Part shown: positions 9,953 to 18,888 of the stretch, one piece after another | Position numbering within the stretch: the first letter of the stretch is position 1 | Layout of the letters: each line of letters begins with the position of its first letter | IMG/VR virus record: IMGVR_UViG_3300011335_000731 | Coordinates: 1-64,000 of that record | Source: a virus | Lineage: Duplodnaviria; Caudoviricetes | Length of the DNA: 64,000 nt | Reading direction: 5' to 3' (one strand) | The notes under the pieces: generated by a model | Told to the model about the DNA's origin: nothing | Database searches by the model: none | What the model saw: the letters and a program-made list of their open reading frames with translations, nothing else | Program-made: the position numbers and the translations under genes

Positions 9953-9958
9953 TATTTA
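9953..9958 (-). promoter_or_regulatory. Late-promoter motif TAAATA for TPR-glycosyltransferase
   Basis: TAAATA on the minus strand 5 nt before ATG 9947; divergent from the motif at 9998. Confidence 0.55.
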
Positions 9959-9997
9959 AGAACCTTGTGCATGTGGACCAAAATAAGTGGTTGTCCA

Positions 9998-10003
9998 TAA
10001 ATA
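9998..10003 (+). promoter_or_regulatory. Late-promoter motif TAAATA
   Basis: CATAAATA immediately before an ~89 nt structured leader and AAGGAG RBS. Confidence 0.6.
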
Positions 10004-10076
10004 AGGGTTGTACGCAATACTGCGTCTTATGCGGTTTAACCCGCCGCGTAGAAGCTAGAACCTTCATCGGACTTCT
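10004..10076 (+). ncRNA. Candidate structured 5' leader RNA
   Basis: Helices ACGCA/TGCGT, ATGCGG/CCGCGT and AGGGTT/AACCTT, with alternatives GGGTT/AACCC and AGAAG/CTTCT; no family recognised. Confidence 0.45.
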
Positions 10077-10092
10077 TTTAAGGAGAAAACAA

Positions 10093-10920
10093 ATGGGACG
10101 TCCTCTAAAAATACAGAAATACAGTTTAAACACTGGTGTCGGTAGCCCCGGCGCAAACACACCTGTGGATCTTGCTTATCCACCATTCAGCGCACTTGAT
10201 GTGCCTGTTTACAATGCACCTACACAGACATTGGATGCAGCCCAATTCCTAGGCGTGGTAGGTGGATCGCCCCCTACCAGCCAACCCAGCGCCACATACC
10301 CTGTGGTCACAGCATTTGTTAATATCACCCTGGCCAATGGTTCATCTACTTTTGCACTTGCTGGATCATACGCAGGCCGTATCATACGCCAAAAAGGCAG
10401 CCACAAATATCTAGTAGCGTACACAGGTGGAACCACTGCAGATGGCGCTTTTATTGTTGGTCAAGCATATCAGATCGTTGCTCTTGGTTCAACTAACTGG
10501 CAAACAGTGGGCACCGGAACAGGCACAGTAGCAGCTGGTGATATCTTCACTGCCACAGCAGCCAATGGAGGCGGCAACGGTACTGCATACCCAGTTGGCG
10601 TGTGCGTGTTGACCAATGATACCACACCAGCAACAGGTCTCATGGCCATTGGATACGAATCAGGAGACAGCGCAGCAGCCACAGCCAGTAACCTTACTAA
10701 CAAGTGGGTGCGTGACTGGGCCGGTACCACAGGAACCTACAGCGATAACAACCTGGGTGAAGTTAGCTACACCAGCGAACTTTACTATGTTGCTAACTTC
10801 TTCACAGACGAAGGTGGTGTTGCACAGTCAGGTCTGGAAGTAGATACTGCTACAGAATCCGTTGCAGGTGCACCAGCTGGATACATCCCACTGGCAGTTA
10901 TCAACAATGCAACTTCCTAA
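10093..10920 (+). CDS. Virion structural protein (MGRPLK-type, unknown function)
   Basis: Likely start MGRPLKIQK at 10093 after AAGGAG; A/G/T-rich; RIIRQKGSHKYLV motif; late promoter upstream and terminator downstream. Confidence 0.6.
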   Translation: MGRPLKIQKYSLNTGVGSPGANTPVDLAYPPFSALDVPVYNAPTQTLDAAQFLGVVGGSPPTSQPSATYPVVTAFVNITLANGSSTFALAGSYAGRIIRQKGSHKYLVAYTGGTTADGAFIVGQAYQIVALGSTNWQTVGTGTGTVAAGDIFTATAANGGGNGTAYPVGVCVLTNDTTPATGLMAIGYESGDSAAATASNLTNKWVRDWAGTTGTYSDNNLGEVSYTSELYYVANFFTDEGGVAQSGLEVDTATESVAGAPAGYIPLAVINNATS

Positions 10921-10935
10921 AGTTTAGGAACCCTG

Positions 10936-10969
10936 AATCCTCTCAGCTACATACTGAGAGGATTTTTTT
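10936..10969 (+). terminator. Intrinsic terminator with TACATA late-promoter variant in its loop
   Basis: Perfect 11-bp stem AATCCTCTCAG/CTGAGAGGATT, loop CTACATA, followed by a T-run ending at ATG 10970. Confidence 0.8.
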
Positions 10970-11557
10970 ATGACCATAGCATTTGTATTGGGCAATGGAC
11001 AAAGCCGAGCAAGTATAGATCTAGTGCAACTCAAGCAACTGGGTCCTATCTACGGCTGCAATGGGCTGTACAGAGATTGGGAACCAGACTGTCTTGTGGC
11101 CACAGATCGTCCTATTGCCGAAGCTATACAACGCAGTGGCTACAGCAAAAAAAATAGATTCTATACAAGAAAACCCCTGCCTGATTCTGGTGCTCAAATA
11201 GTTCCTAGAAAATATCATGGCAACAGTTCAGGACCTATTGCCTGTGCTTTAGCAGCCATAGATGATTACACTCGAATCTATATGTTGGGATTTGACATGG
11301 GACCAAGTCCTAGCATGAGATTTAACAATGTGTATGCTGGTACAGAATTCTACAAAGCGCCAGATGCGGCACCCACATTTACCGGAAATTGGATACGCCA
11401 ATTGGCTAGTATAGCCGGAGACTTTCCAAAAGTGCAATTTATCCGTGTTTGCGGACCCACTAGTGCCGAGATCAAAGAGTTCAAGAACATTGAAAACTTT
11501 GAAACCATAGACATCAAACTGTTCCGACATCGCTTAGACACCAACGACGGCCTTTGA
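10970..11557 (+). CDS. MptE/Maf (DUF115)-like, sialyltransferase-fold nucleotide-sugar transferase
   Basis: FVLGNGQSR, IYGCNGLY, CLVATD, SSG, IYMLGFDM motifs resemble the Maf/GT29/GT42-type Rossmann-like fold. Confidence 0.55.
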   Translation: MTIAFVLGNGQSRASIDLVQLKQLGPIYGCNGLYRDWEPDCLVATDRPIAEAIQRSGYSKKNRFYTRKPLPDSGAQIVPRKYHGNSSGPIACALAAIDDYTRIYMLGFDMGPSPSMRFNNVYAGTEFYKAPDAAPTFTGNWIRQLASIAGDFPKVQFIRVCGPTSAEIKEFKNIENFETIDIKLFRHRLDTNDGL

Positions 11558-11585
11558 GCCAAATCCGTTAGAGATCTGAATCTGG

Positions 11586-11591
11586 TAAATA
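11586..11591 (+). promoter_or_regulatory. Late-promoter motif TAAATA inside a short inverted repeat
   Basis: TCTGGT-AAATACA-ACCAGA; 18 nt before ATG 11610. Confidence 0.55.
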
Positions 11592-11609
11592 CAACCAGAG
11601 ACTCTACAA

Positions 11610-14600
11610 ATGACACAATATACCATTGATATTGGCGCGGTTCCAGACGACGGGCAAGGCGATCCGTTAAGAACTTCGTTCAATTACACCAATTTAAACT
11701 TTGATCAGATTTTTGCTGCTGGGCCGGTGCTGAGTAATGTGGCTATCGCCAACAATACCATTCGCACGATTACCAGCAACGGCAACTTGATCTTGGCACC
11801 CAATGGTATTGGCCAGATACAACTCAGTGCTGCTACTGTGCCTGCTCTGGATAATGTATATGATCTAGGTAGCCCTACTCAAAGATTCAATTCTATCTAT
11901 GTGGGCAGCGGCGGATTGAATATACCCAGTATCAGTCTCACTGGTAATCTCACTGCTAACAATATTTTCTCCACTGGTTTTATGTCATCTGCTGGCAATG
12001 TGGTCAGCGGTGCCACAGTTTCGGGCACTACTTTGTTGGTTTCAAGTGCCACAGTATATGGAAACTTAGCCACAGTCAATGTCAATGCCACAGGAAATAT
12101 AACTGCTAGTTATCTTATCGGTAATGGTAGCCAGATCACAGGCATTCCGGCCGGTGCACAGGGTGTGCAAGGTATCCAAGGTGTGCAGGGAACACAAGGC
12201 ATTTTAGGCGTAACTGGTTCTCAAGGTATAACTGGAATTCAAGGCATCCAAGGCGTGCAAGGGGCAGTGGGCACTCAAGGTGCAGTGGGCACTCAAGGCG
12301 TACAAGGCACCCAAGGCATACAGGGAACACAGGGTATAACCGGAACTCAAGGTGCAACCGGAACTCAAGGTGCAACCGGAACTCAAGGCATCCAAGGTGT
12401 GCAAGGTGCAATCGGTACCCAAGGTGTAATAGGTACCCAAGGCGTACAAGGCACTCAAGGCGTACAAGGCACTCAAGGCGTACAAGGTACGCAAGGAACT
12501 CAAGGTACGCAAGGTATTCAAGGTACGCAAGGCATACAGGGTACTCAAGGTACGCAAGGCATACAAGGTACGCAAGGCATACAAGGTACGCAAGGCATAC
12601 AGGGTACTCAAGGTACGCAAGGTATTTTTGGAACCCAAGGAACCCAAGGAACTCAAGGCATTCAAGGCATTCAAGGCACTCAGGGGTTGCAAGGACTTGG
12701 AGATCGATACGCCACGACCAGTAGCACCAGTCTGACAATCAGCAATGCAACCAAGAGCCTGACTGTTGGAACAGGGTTGAATTATAGTGCTGGACAAACT
12801 ACAATCATTGCGTATGATGGGTCTAACTACATGCAAGGTGTATGTGCATCCTATGACTCTGGTACAGGTGCATTGGTTGTAGATGTTAATGTATCGGTTG
12901 GTGGGCCTGGGCCGTATACTAGTTGGCAAGTAAATCTTGCGGGTGTTGAAGGCCCTGTGGGAGCACAAGGCGTACAGGGCACACAAGGAATCCAAGGTGA
13001 AACTGGTACTCAAGGCACCCAGGGTATCCAAGGCGAAACTGGTACTCAAGGCACCCAGGGTATCCAAGGAGAAATAGGCACTCAAGGCATCCAAGGAGAA
13101 ACAGGTACTCAAGGTACTCAAGGAACTCAAGGAATCCAAGGTGAAACTGGTGCCCAAGGTACCCAAGGAACACAAGGTGAAACAGGAACACAAGGTACTC
13201 AAGGAACACAAGGTACTCAAGGAACACAAGGTATTCAAGGAATCCAAGGCATTCAAGGAGTAACTGGATCACAAGGTACCACCGGTACTCAGGGCATCCA
13301 GGGTACTCAAGGTGAAACTGGCACACAAGGCGAAACTGGCACACAAGGTATTGTTGGTGCTCAAGGTACTCAAGGTATTCAAGGAGTCATCGGCTCACAG
13401 GGTATAACCGGAGCACAAGGTATACAAGGCGTACAAGGTGCCATTGGTACACAAGGTAGCATCGGCACCCAAGGAGAGATTGGATCTCAAGGCGTACAAG
13501 GCACTCAAGGCGTACAAGGCACTCAAGGCGTACAAGGCACTCAAGGCGTACAAGGCACTCAAGGCATACAGGGTACTCAAGGTACACAGGGCACTCAAGG
13601 CGTACAAGGTACTCAAGGCATCCAGGGAGAAATTGGTGCCCAAGGTACACAAGGAACTCAAGGTACTCAGGGCACACAAGGTACTCAAGGAACTCAAGGC
13701 GTACAAGGCACCCAAGGTATCCAGGGAGAAACTGGCACCCAAGGTACTCAAGGTATACAAGGCGTTACAGGCGCACAAGGTGCTCAAGGTACACAAGGTA
13801 TCCAGGGTGTGCAAGGAGCAATCGGAGCACAAGGTACACAAGGTACTCAAGGTATTCAAGGTACTCAAGGCACCCAAGGTACACAAGGCATCCAAGGAAC
13901 TCAAGGTGTACAAGGTACACAAGGTACTCAAGGTATTCAAGGTACTCAAGGCACCCAAGGTACACAAGGTACACAAGGTACACAAGGCATCCAAGGTATT
14001 CAAGGCCCTGGAAATATCATTGAGGCCACTAACAATACCAGCACTACCACACTGTATCCTGTGATGGTTGGTGCAGCGGGCAGCGGTCAACTGGCCAATG
14101 TTACAACAGGTGGATTTGTTTTTAATGCGGCAACCAACGCACTAAGTGTCACAGGCAATATCACCGGCAACTATATTCTAGGTAATGGTGCATGCCTAAC
14201 TGGTGTAATCACTTCTGTGGCCAACATCAACAATGGCACATCAAATATCACAGTAGTAAGTTCTGGCGGCAATATTACCGTAGGGATAGGCGGCACATCA
14301 AATGTTGTTGTTTGGGCTACCACAGGCGAGTACATTACTGGAGTGTTATCAGTATCTGGCAACATCACCGGCGGCAATATATCAACAGCCGGCAATGTAA
14401 ATGGTGCCAATGTTGTAGCAACCACACTCAGTGCCACAGGCAATGTCACAGCCAACAATGGCATGTTCACCAACATAGTGAATGTGGCTAGTTTCACCGG
14501 TGCTGTAGTTTCAGTATCGGGTAACATCACTGGTGGTAACATATCCACAGCTGGTAATGTGAATGGTGCTAACATAGTGGCAACTACACTCAGTGCTACA

Positions 14601-17600
14601 GGTAATATTTTAGGTGGAAATCTCAGCCTTAGTGGCACCACTATCAGCACAACTTACAACACAGGTGCTGCGGTCGTATCCGGCGGCATGGGATTGGCTG
14701 GCAATTTAAACATGTTCAGCACAGCACAGATCCATATGGGCGATGATATCAGCTCAGTAAATTTCACTGCTGCCAAGATCCAAGTTACCAGCAATGTAAA
14801 CAGTTACAGCCAGGTACTAGGATACAATGTAAATCCAGGTGCATCCGCCAGCACAGATTTTGTGGCCACTGCCAACAATGGTGATGACGCTACTTTCTAC
14901 ATTGACATGGGTATCAATAGTAACAACTATAGTGATGCCAGTTACACAGCATTTGGTGCCAATGATGGATACTTGTATATCAATGGTGGCAATCTGGGTA
15001 TAGCCACACAGAGCGCAGGCAAGAATGTAAGAATATACACCGGCAATACTCTGTCAGGCAATCTGCGTGCTGAGTTCTGGGATTCAGGTGCCAACATCAC
15101 TGGATTGTTATCGGCTAGCGGTAATGTCACTGGCGCTAATGTCAACACAGGTGGATTGATCTCGGCCACAGGTAATATCACCAGCGCTAACATCAACACC
15201 GGTGGATTGATCAGTGCCACAGGTAACATAACTGGCGCCAACATCAACACCAACAACATAGTAGGCACTAGTGTCACAATCACCAGCACTGGTGCGTTGA
15301 ATCTTGCACCAACAGGCAACATAGTATTGACTGCCAACACATACATCAACAATCTTGCTATGCCTGTGCAAGATTATGATGCAGCCACCAAACTATATGT
15401 TGATAACTTTGCCACAACTGGACTTACATTCCATGAACAAGTTTACGCAGCCACCAACACCACACTAGAAACTGCTACCAGTGGTACCATAACCTATGCT
15501 CAACCTAATGGTGCTGGCAACGGTGTAGGTGCCACACTTACCACATCCGGAACATTCTACCTAATTGATACAGCCAACATCCAGACAGTGGGCACTCGTG
15601 TGTTGGTTCAAAATCAAGCCAATGGTGTACAAAACGGTATCTATACCTATGCCAACACCACTGCTATCGTTCGTTCCACAGATGCTGACCAATATGGGTC
15701 AGATAGCACAGAAGCTATCAGTATCAATGATTACTTTTTTGTAACCAATGGTAATGTCAACGCCGGTGCTGCTTTTGTAGTAAGTGCGCCTGCAGGAACA
15801 ATCACATTTGGTACCAGTAACATACAGTTTTCAGAATTCAGCAGAAGTCAAGTTTATAGTGCTAACACCGCTGCTGGTATAAGTCTAACTGGTACCGTAT
15901 TCAGTGCCAAGGTTGACAACACAACCACTGCATTTGATGGTGGTGGTAATATCACGGTCAAAGCAGGTGCAGTGCTTACCACACCTAACATTGGTGCTGC
16001 TACAGGTACAAGTTTAACTACAACTGGAAATATCCAAGGCAGTTATATCCTTGGTAACGGATCACTACTCACCGGCATTGATTCTGCTGCTATATCAAAT
16101 GGTACCAGCAATGTAAGAGTATTCAACAACAGCAATGTCACAGTCAGCGTGGCATCTAATTCTAACATAGCCACTTTTGCCACAGATGGATTGTCAGTCA
16201 CAGGACTAATAACCAGCACAGGCAATATACAAGGCAGCAACTTGGTTACAGGCGGATCGGCTAGTGTTACTGGAAATTTGGTTGCCAATAATGGTATGTT
16301 TACCAATATTGTTAATGTGGCTAGTTTCACCGGTGGGTTGGTAAGTGTATCTGGCAATATCACTGGCGGAAATATAAACACCGGTATTGTGTCGACTACC
16401 GGACAAATAATTTCAACAAGTGCCGGGGGCACAGCCGACGGTTCTGGACAACTATACCTCAATGGATCAACTAACAATCGAATTGATTTTAGTGGAGCCG
16501 GGGTAGCGGGACCTGCAAACACAACAAGAAGTCTTGGCACAAAAATAACATTATTCCCTGGCCTTAGTCCTACTGCTGTTGATTATGCTTTTGGTATTGA
16601 CGCCGGTACGCTGTGGAGTTCTATACCCGGATTTGACTCCGGACAGTTCTTCGCATGGTATGGAGGAACTACTCAGATAGTATCTTTGAGCGGCACAGGC
16701 GTGTTGTCCGTGTTGGGTAACATAACTGGTGCCAATATCAACACTGGTGGTCTTATCACAGCAGTTGGTAATGTGCAGGCTGCTGGTTATACCTATGCTA
16801 ATGGTGATCCGGTTGCAGGATCAGGACCTCAAGGTACCACAGGTGCTCAAGGCACAACCGGCGCTCAGGGCATACAAGGTATACAGGGTATTTTTGGTAC
16901 TCAAGGCGTACAAGGTACTCAAGGCGTACAAGGTACTCAAGGCATTCAAGGTACTCAAGGCATCCAAGGTGAATTTGGAACTCAAGGTACACAGGGTACA
17001 CAAGGTGTACAAGGAACTCAAGGTGTACAAGGTACACAAGGTATCCAAGGCATCCAGGGAGAAATTGGTGCTCAGGGTACGCAAGGTATCCAGGGCATAC
17101 AAGGAGTAACCGGTGCTCAAGGTGAAACCGGCACCCAAGGCACACAAGGCATCCAAGGTGCAACTGGTACTCAAGGCACACAAGGTACCCAAGGTATTCA
17201 AGGCACAACTGGTACCCAAGGTACAATTGGTGCTCAAGGTATCCAAGGTGAAACCGGCACCCAAGGCACAACTGGAACACAAGGTACACAGGGAATTACT
17301 GGAACACAAGGTATCACTGGTGCTCAAGGTATCCAGGGTATCACTGGAACGCAAGGAGCTACCGGAACACAAGGTGAAGTTGGCGCACAAGGAACGCAAG
17401 GTACCACAGGTATCCAAGGTATTACCGGCGTCCAGGGCGCTACCGGAACTCAAGGTATCACTGGAACACAAGGTATCACTGGAGCACAGGGTATACAAGG
17501 CGTTACGGGCGCACAAGGTACTACCGGTGCACAAGGAACACAGGGTGTTCAGGGTGGTGTTGGCATCCAGGGAGCACAAGGCATACAAGGTGTTATTGGT

Positions 17601-18875
17601 GCCCAAGGTATACAAGGCACTACAGGTGCCCAGGGAGCCGGTGGTACTCAAGGTACTCAAGGCATCCAGGGTATAACTGGTACTCAAGGTGTACAAGGTC
17701 CAGGTACCACAATAACTTCAACAGTTGATAACTTTACCGGCAATGGTTCACAAGTTGATTTTGTTCTCAGCACTTCTCCTAGCAGTGAAAATGTAACCTG
17801 GATCAATATTGATGGTGTGGAACAACTTCGTACTGGGTATAGTTTATCTGGTAATACCATTACATTCTCTAGTCCGCCAGCATCCGGCGCATCAATTGAA
17901 GTTACATCATTGGGCGGCGCGGTAGGCAGCAGTGTTAGTATTGCTAATGGTGGAAGTAATGTCAGTATCGGCTCAGCAGGATCAAATGTCACCGTTGGTG
18001 TAAATGGAACCAGTAATGTGGCTGTTTGGGCCACCACGGGTGCGTATGTAACAGGGATAATTTCGGCTTCGGGCAATGTTGTTTCCGCTGGTAATCTTTT
18101 GGTCACTAATAATGTGGGTATTGGTACTACTACGCCGGGGGTAAAATTAGATGTAACAGGCTCTATTAGAGCCAGTGTTAATGTTACATCAGCTGCTGAT
18201 TTTATCGGTGGCGGCGCGGCAGGATACGCAGCTTTGTACGCCGACGGTGCTGGCGGTGTAATTGTTTGCCGTGGCTCATCAAGCACCAATAATATTGAGT
18301 TTTCTACAGATAGCGCAGAACGGATGCGTCTTGACACCGTCGGTCGTTTAATGATTGGTACAACTACTGCAAGGGCGTCAGCATCAAAACTTGAGCTAAA
18401 GAGCCCAGCAAATACAGCTCTATCCATTTACATGTTTAAGGACACTCAAGTTGAAGTTAACATGGGGTTTGCCGGTGGTGGCGATAGCAATTTTTATATC
18501 AACAGCGGGTCTACCACTATTGGAGCTTCTGGGGTTTATCTGACCAATAACGGCAGTAGTTGGAACTCAGTCTCCGATGAGCGCATGAAAACTATTGTTG
18601 AGCCAATCTTGGATGCGGTGCAAAAGGTAATGATGCTCCGGGCTGTGATCGGCTCATACAAAAATGACAAAAACAATACTCGCCGACCATTCCTTATTGC
18701 CCAGGATGTGCAAGCAGTATTGCCCGAAGCGGTCAATGTGCAAGATCAAGAAACAGGCACCCTAGGGATGTCATACACTGACACTATACCATTGCTTGTG
18801 GCTGCAATCAAAGAACAACAAGTGCTGATCACTGCACTAACCGCCCGAGTCGCTGAATTGGAAAAAAACCTTTGA
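11610..18875 (+). CDS. Giant collagen-like tail fibre with C-terminal peptidase S74 intramolecular chaperone
   Basis: N-terminal IDIGAVPDDGQGDPLR baseplate-attachment-type motif; three G-X-Q collagen blocks; NITGGN-type repeats; C-terminal SDERMK...LIAQDVQAVLPEAV...YTDTIPLLVAAIKEQQ. Confidence 0.9.
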   Translation: MTQYTIDIGAVPDDGQGDPLRTSFNYTNLNFDQIFAAGPVLSNVAIANNTIRTITSNGNLILAPNGIGQIQLSAATVPALDNVYDLGSPTQRFNSIYVGSGGLNIPSISLTGNLTANNIFSTGFMSSAGNVVSGATVSGTTLLVSSATVYGNLATVNVNATGNITASYLIGNGSQITGIPAGAQGVQGIQGVQGTQGILGVTGSQGITGIQGIQGVQGAVGTQGAVGTQGVQGTQGIQGTQGITGTQGATGTQGATGTQGIQGVQGAIGTQGVIGTQGVQGTQGVQGTQGVQGTQGTQGTQGIQGTQGIQGTQGTQGIQGTQGIQGTQGIQGTQGTQGIFGTQGTQGTQGIQGIQGTQGLQGLGDRYATTSSTSLTISNATKSLTVGTGLNYSAGQTTIIAYDGSNYMQGVCASYDSGTGALVVDVNVSVGGPGPYTSWQVNLAGVEGPVGAQGVQGTQGIQGETGTQGTQGIQGETGTQGTQGIQGEIGTQGIQGETGTQGTQGTQGIQGETGAQGTQGTQGETGTQGTQGTQGTQGTQGIQGIQGIQGVTGSQGTTGTQGIQGTQGETGTQGETGTQGIVGAQGTQGIQGVIGSQGITGAQGIQGVQGAIGTQGSIGTQGEIGSQGVQGTQGVQGTQGVQGTQGVQGTQGIQGTQGTQGTQGVQGTQGIQGEIGAQGTQGTQGTQGTQGTQGTQGVQGTQGIQGETGTQGTQGIQGVTGAQGAQGTQGIQGVQGAIGAQGTQGTQGIQGTQGTQGTQGIQGTQGVQGTQGTQGIQGTQGTQGTQGTQGTQGIQGIQGPGNIIEATNNTSTTTLYPVMVGAAGSGQLANVTTGGFVFNAATNALSVTGNITGNYILGNGACLTGVITSVANINNGTSNITVVSSGGNITVGIGGTSNVVVWATTGEYITGVLSVSGNITGGNISTAGNVNGANVVATTLSATGNVTANNGMFTNIVNVASFTGAVVSVSGNITGGNISTAGNVNGANIVATTLSATGNILGGNLSLSGTTISTTYNTGAAVVSGGMGLAGNLNMFSTAQIHMGDDISSVNFTAAKIQVTSNVNSYSQVLGYNVNPGASASTDFVATANNGDDATFYIDMGINSNNYSDASYTAFGANDGYLYINGGNLGIATQSAGKNVRIYTGNTLSGNLRAEFWDSGANITGLLSASGNVTGANVNTGGLISATGNITSANINTGGLISATGNITGANINTNNIVGTSVTITSTGALNLAPTGNIVLTANTYINNLAMPVQDYDAATKLYVDNFATTGLTFHEQVYAATNTTLETATSGTITYAQPNGAGNGVGATLTTSGTFYLIDTANIQTVGTRVLVQNQANGVQNGIYTYANTTAIVRSTDADQYGSDSTEAISINDYFFVTNGNVNAGAAFVVSAPAGTITFGTSNIQFSEFSRSQVYSANTAAGISLTGTVFSAKVDNTTTAFDGGGNITVKAGAVLTTPNIGAATGTSLTTTGNIQGSYILGNGSLLTGIDSAAISNGTSNVRVFNNSNVTVSVASNSNIATFATDGLSVTGLITSTGNIQGSNLVTGGSASVTGNLVANNGMFTNIVNVASFTGGLVSVSGNITGGNINTGIVSTTGQIISTSAGGTADGSGQLYLNGSTNNRIDFSGAGVAGPANTTRSLGTKITLFPGLSPTAVDYAFGIDAGTLWSSIPGFDSGQFFAWYGGTTQIVSLSGTGVLSVLGNITGANINTGGLITAVGNVQAAGYTYANGDPVAGSGPQGTTGAQGTTGAQGIQGIQGIFGTQGVQGTQGVQGTQGIQGTQGIQGEFGTQGTQGTQGVQGTQGVQGTQGIQGIQGEIGAQGTQGIQGIQGVTGAQGETGTQGTQGIQGATGTQGTQGTQGIQGTTGTQGTIGAQGIQGETGTQGTTGTQGTQGITGTQGITGAQGIQGITGTQGATGTQGEVGAQGTQGTTGIQGITGVQGATGTQGITGTQGITGAQGIQGVTGAQGTTGAQGTQGVQGGVGIQGAQGIQGVIGAQGIQGTTGAQGAGGTQGTQGIQGITGTQGVQGPGTTITSTVDNFTGNGSQVDFVLSTSPSSENVTWINIDGVEQLRTGYSLSGNTITFSSPPASGASIEVTSLGGAVGSSVSIANGGSNVSIGSAGSNVTVGVNGTSNVAVWATTGAYVTGIISASGNVVSAGNLLVTNNVGIGTTTPGVKLDVTGSIRASVNVTSAADFIGGGAAGYAALYADGAGGVIVCRGSSSTNNIEFSTDSAERMRLDTVGRLMIGTTTARASASKLELKSPANTALSIYMFKDTQVEVNMGFAGGGDSNFYINSGSTTIGASGVYLTNNGSSWNSVSDERMKTIVEPILDAVQKVMMLRAVIGSYKNDKNNTRRPFLIAQDVQAVLPEAVNVQDQETGTLGMSYTDTIPLLVAAIKEQQVLITALTARVAELEKNL
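12153..12695 (+). repeat. Collagen G-X-Y block 1 (~181 aa)
   Basis: GTQ/GIQ/GVQ triplets; includes tandem 18-bp CAAGGCGTACAAGGCACT units at 12438-12473. Confidence 0.95.
12942..14009 (+). repeat. Collagen G-X-Y block 2 (~356 aa)
   Basis: GTQ/GIQ/GET triplets; four perfect 18-bp tandem units at 13488-13559. Confidence 0.95.
16824..17702 (+). repeat. Collagen G-X-Y block 3 (~293 aa)
   Basis: GTQ/GAQ/GIT/GTT triplets from GPQGTT to GVQGP. Confidence 0.95.
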
Positions 18876-18888
18876 TAAGTAAACAAAT

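Noticed and set aside
10004-10064. Leader RNA as an HDV/theta, twister or pistol ribozyme, or a known riboswitch
   Set aside because: It lacks the P3/L3, J4/2 and other conserved nucleotides of those classes, so it is kept only as an unclassified candidate.
12438-13559. 18-bp direct repeats as a possible CRISPR array
   Set aside because: The repeats are contiguous with no unique spacers and lie in frame within a coding sequence; no cas genes.
12136-14090. Long alternative-frame and antisense ORFs (e.g. 12204-13256, 13395-14090, 13438-14064)
   Set aside because: Shadow ORFs produced by the stop-free 9-nt periodicity of the collagen repeat; no RBS or independent coding signal.
16729-18427. 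Alternative and antisense ORFs of 126-291 aa over collagen block 3 and the fibre tip
   Set aside because: Same repeat and codon-bias shadow effect; fully nested in the fibre gene.
18863-18869. A-AAA-AAC slippery heptamer at the end of the giant fibre
   Set aside because: The -1 frame stops after about nine codons and is not the frame of the next gene; the site also lies in the cleaved chaperone tail.
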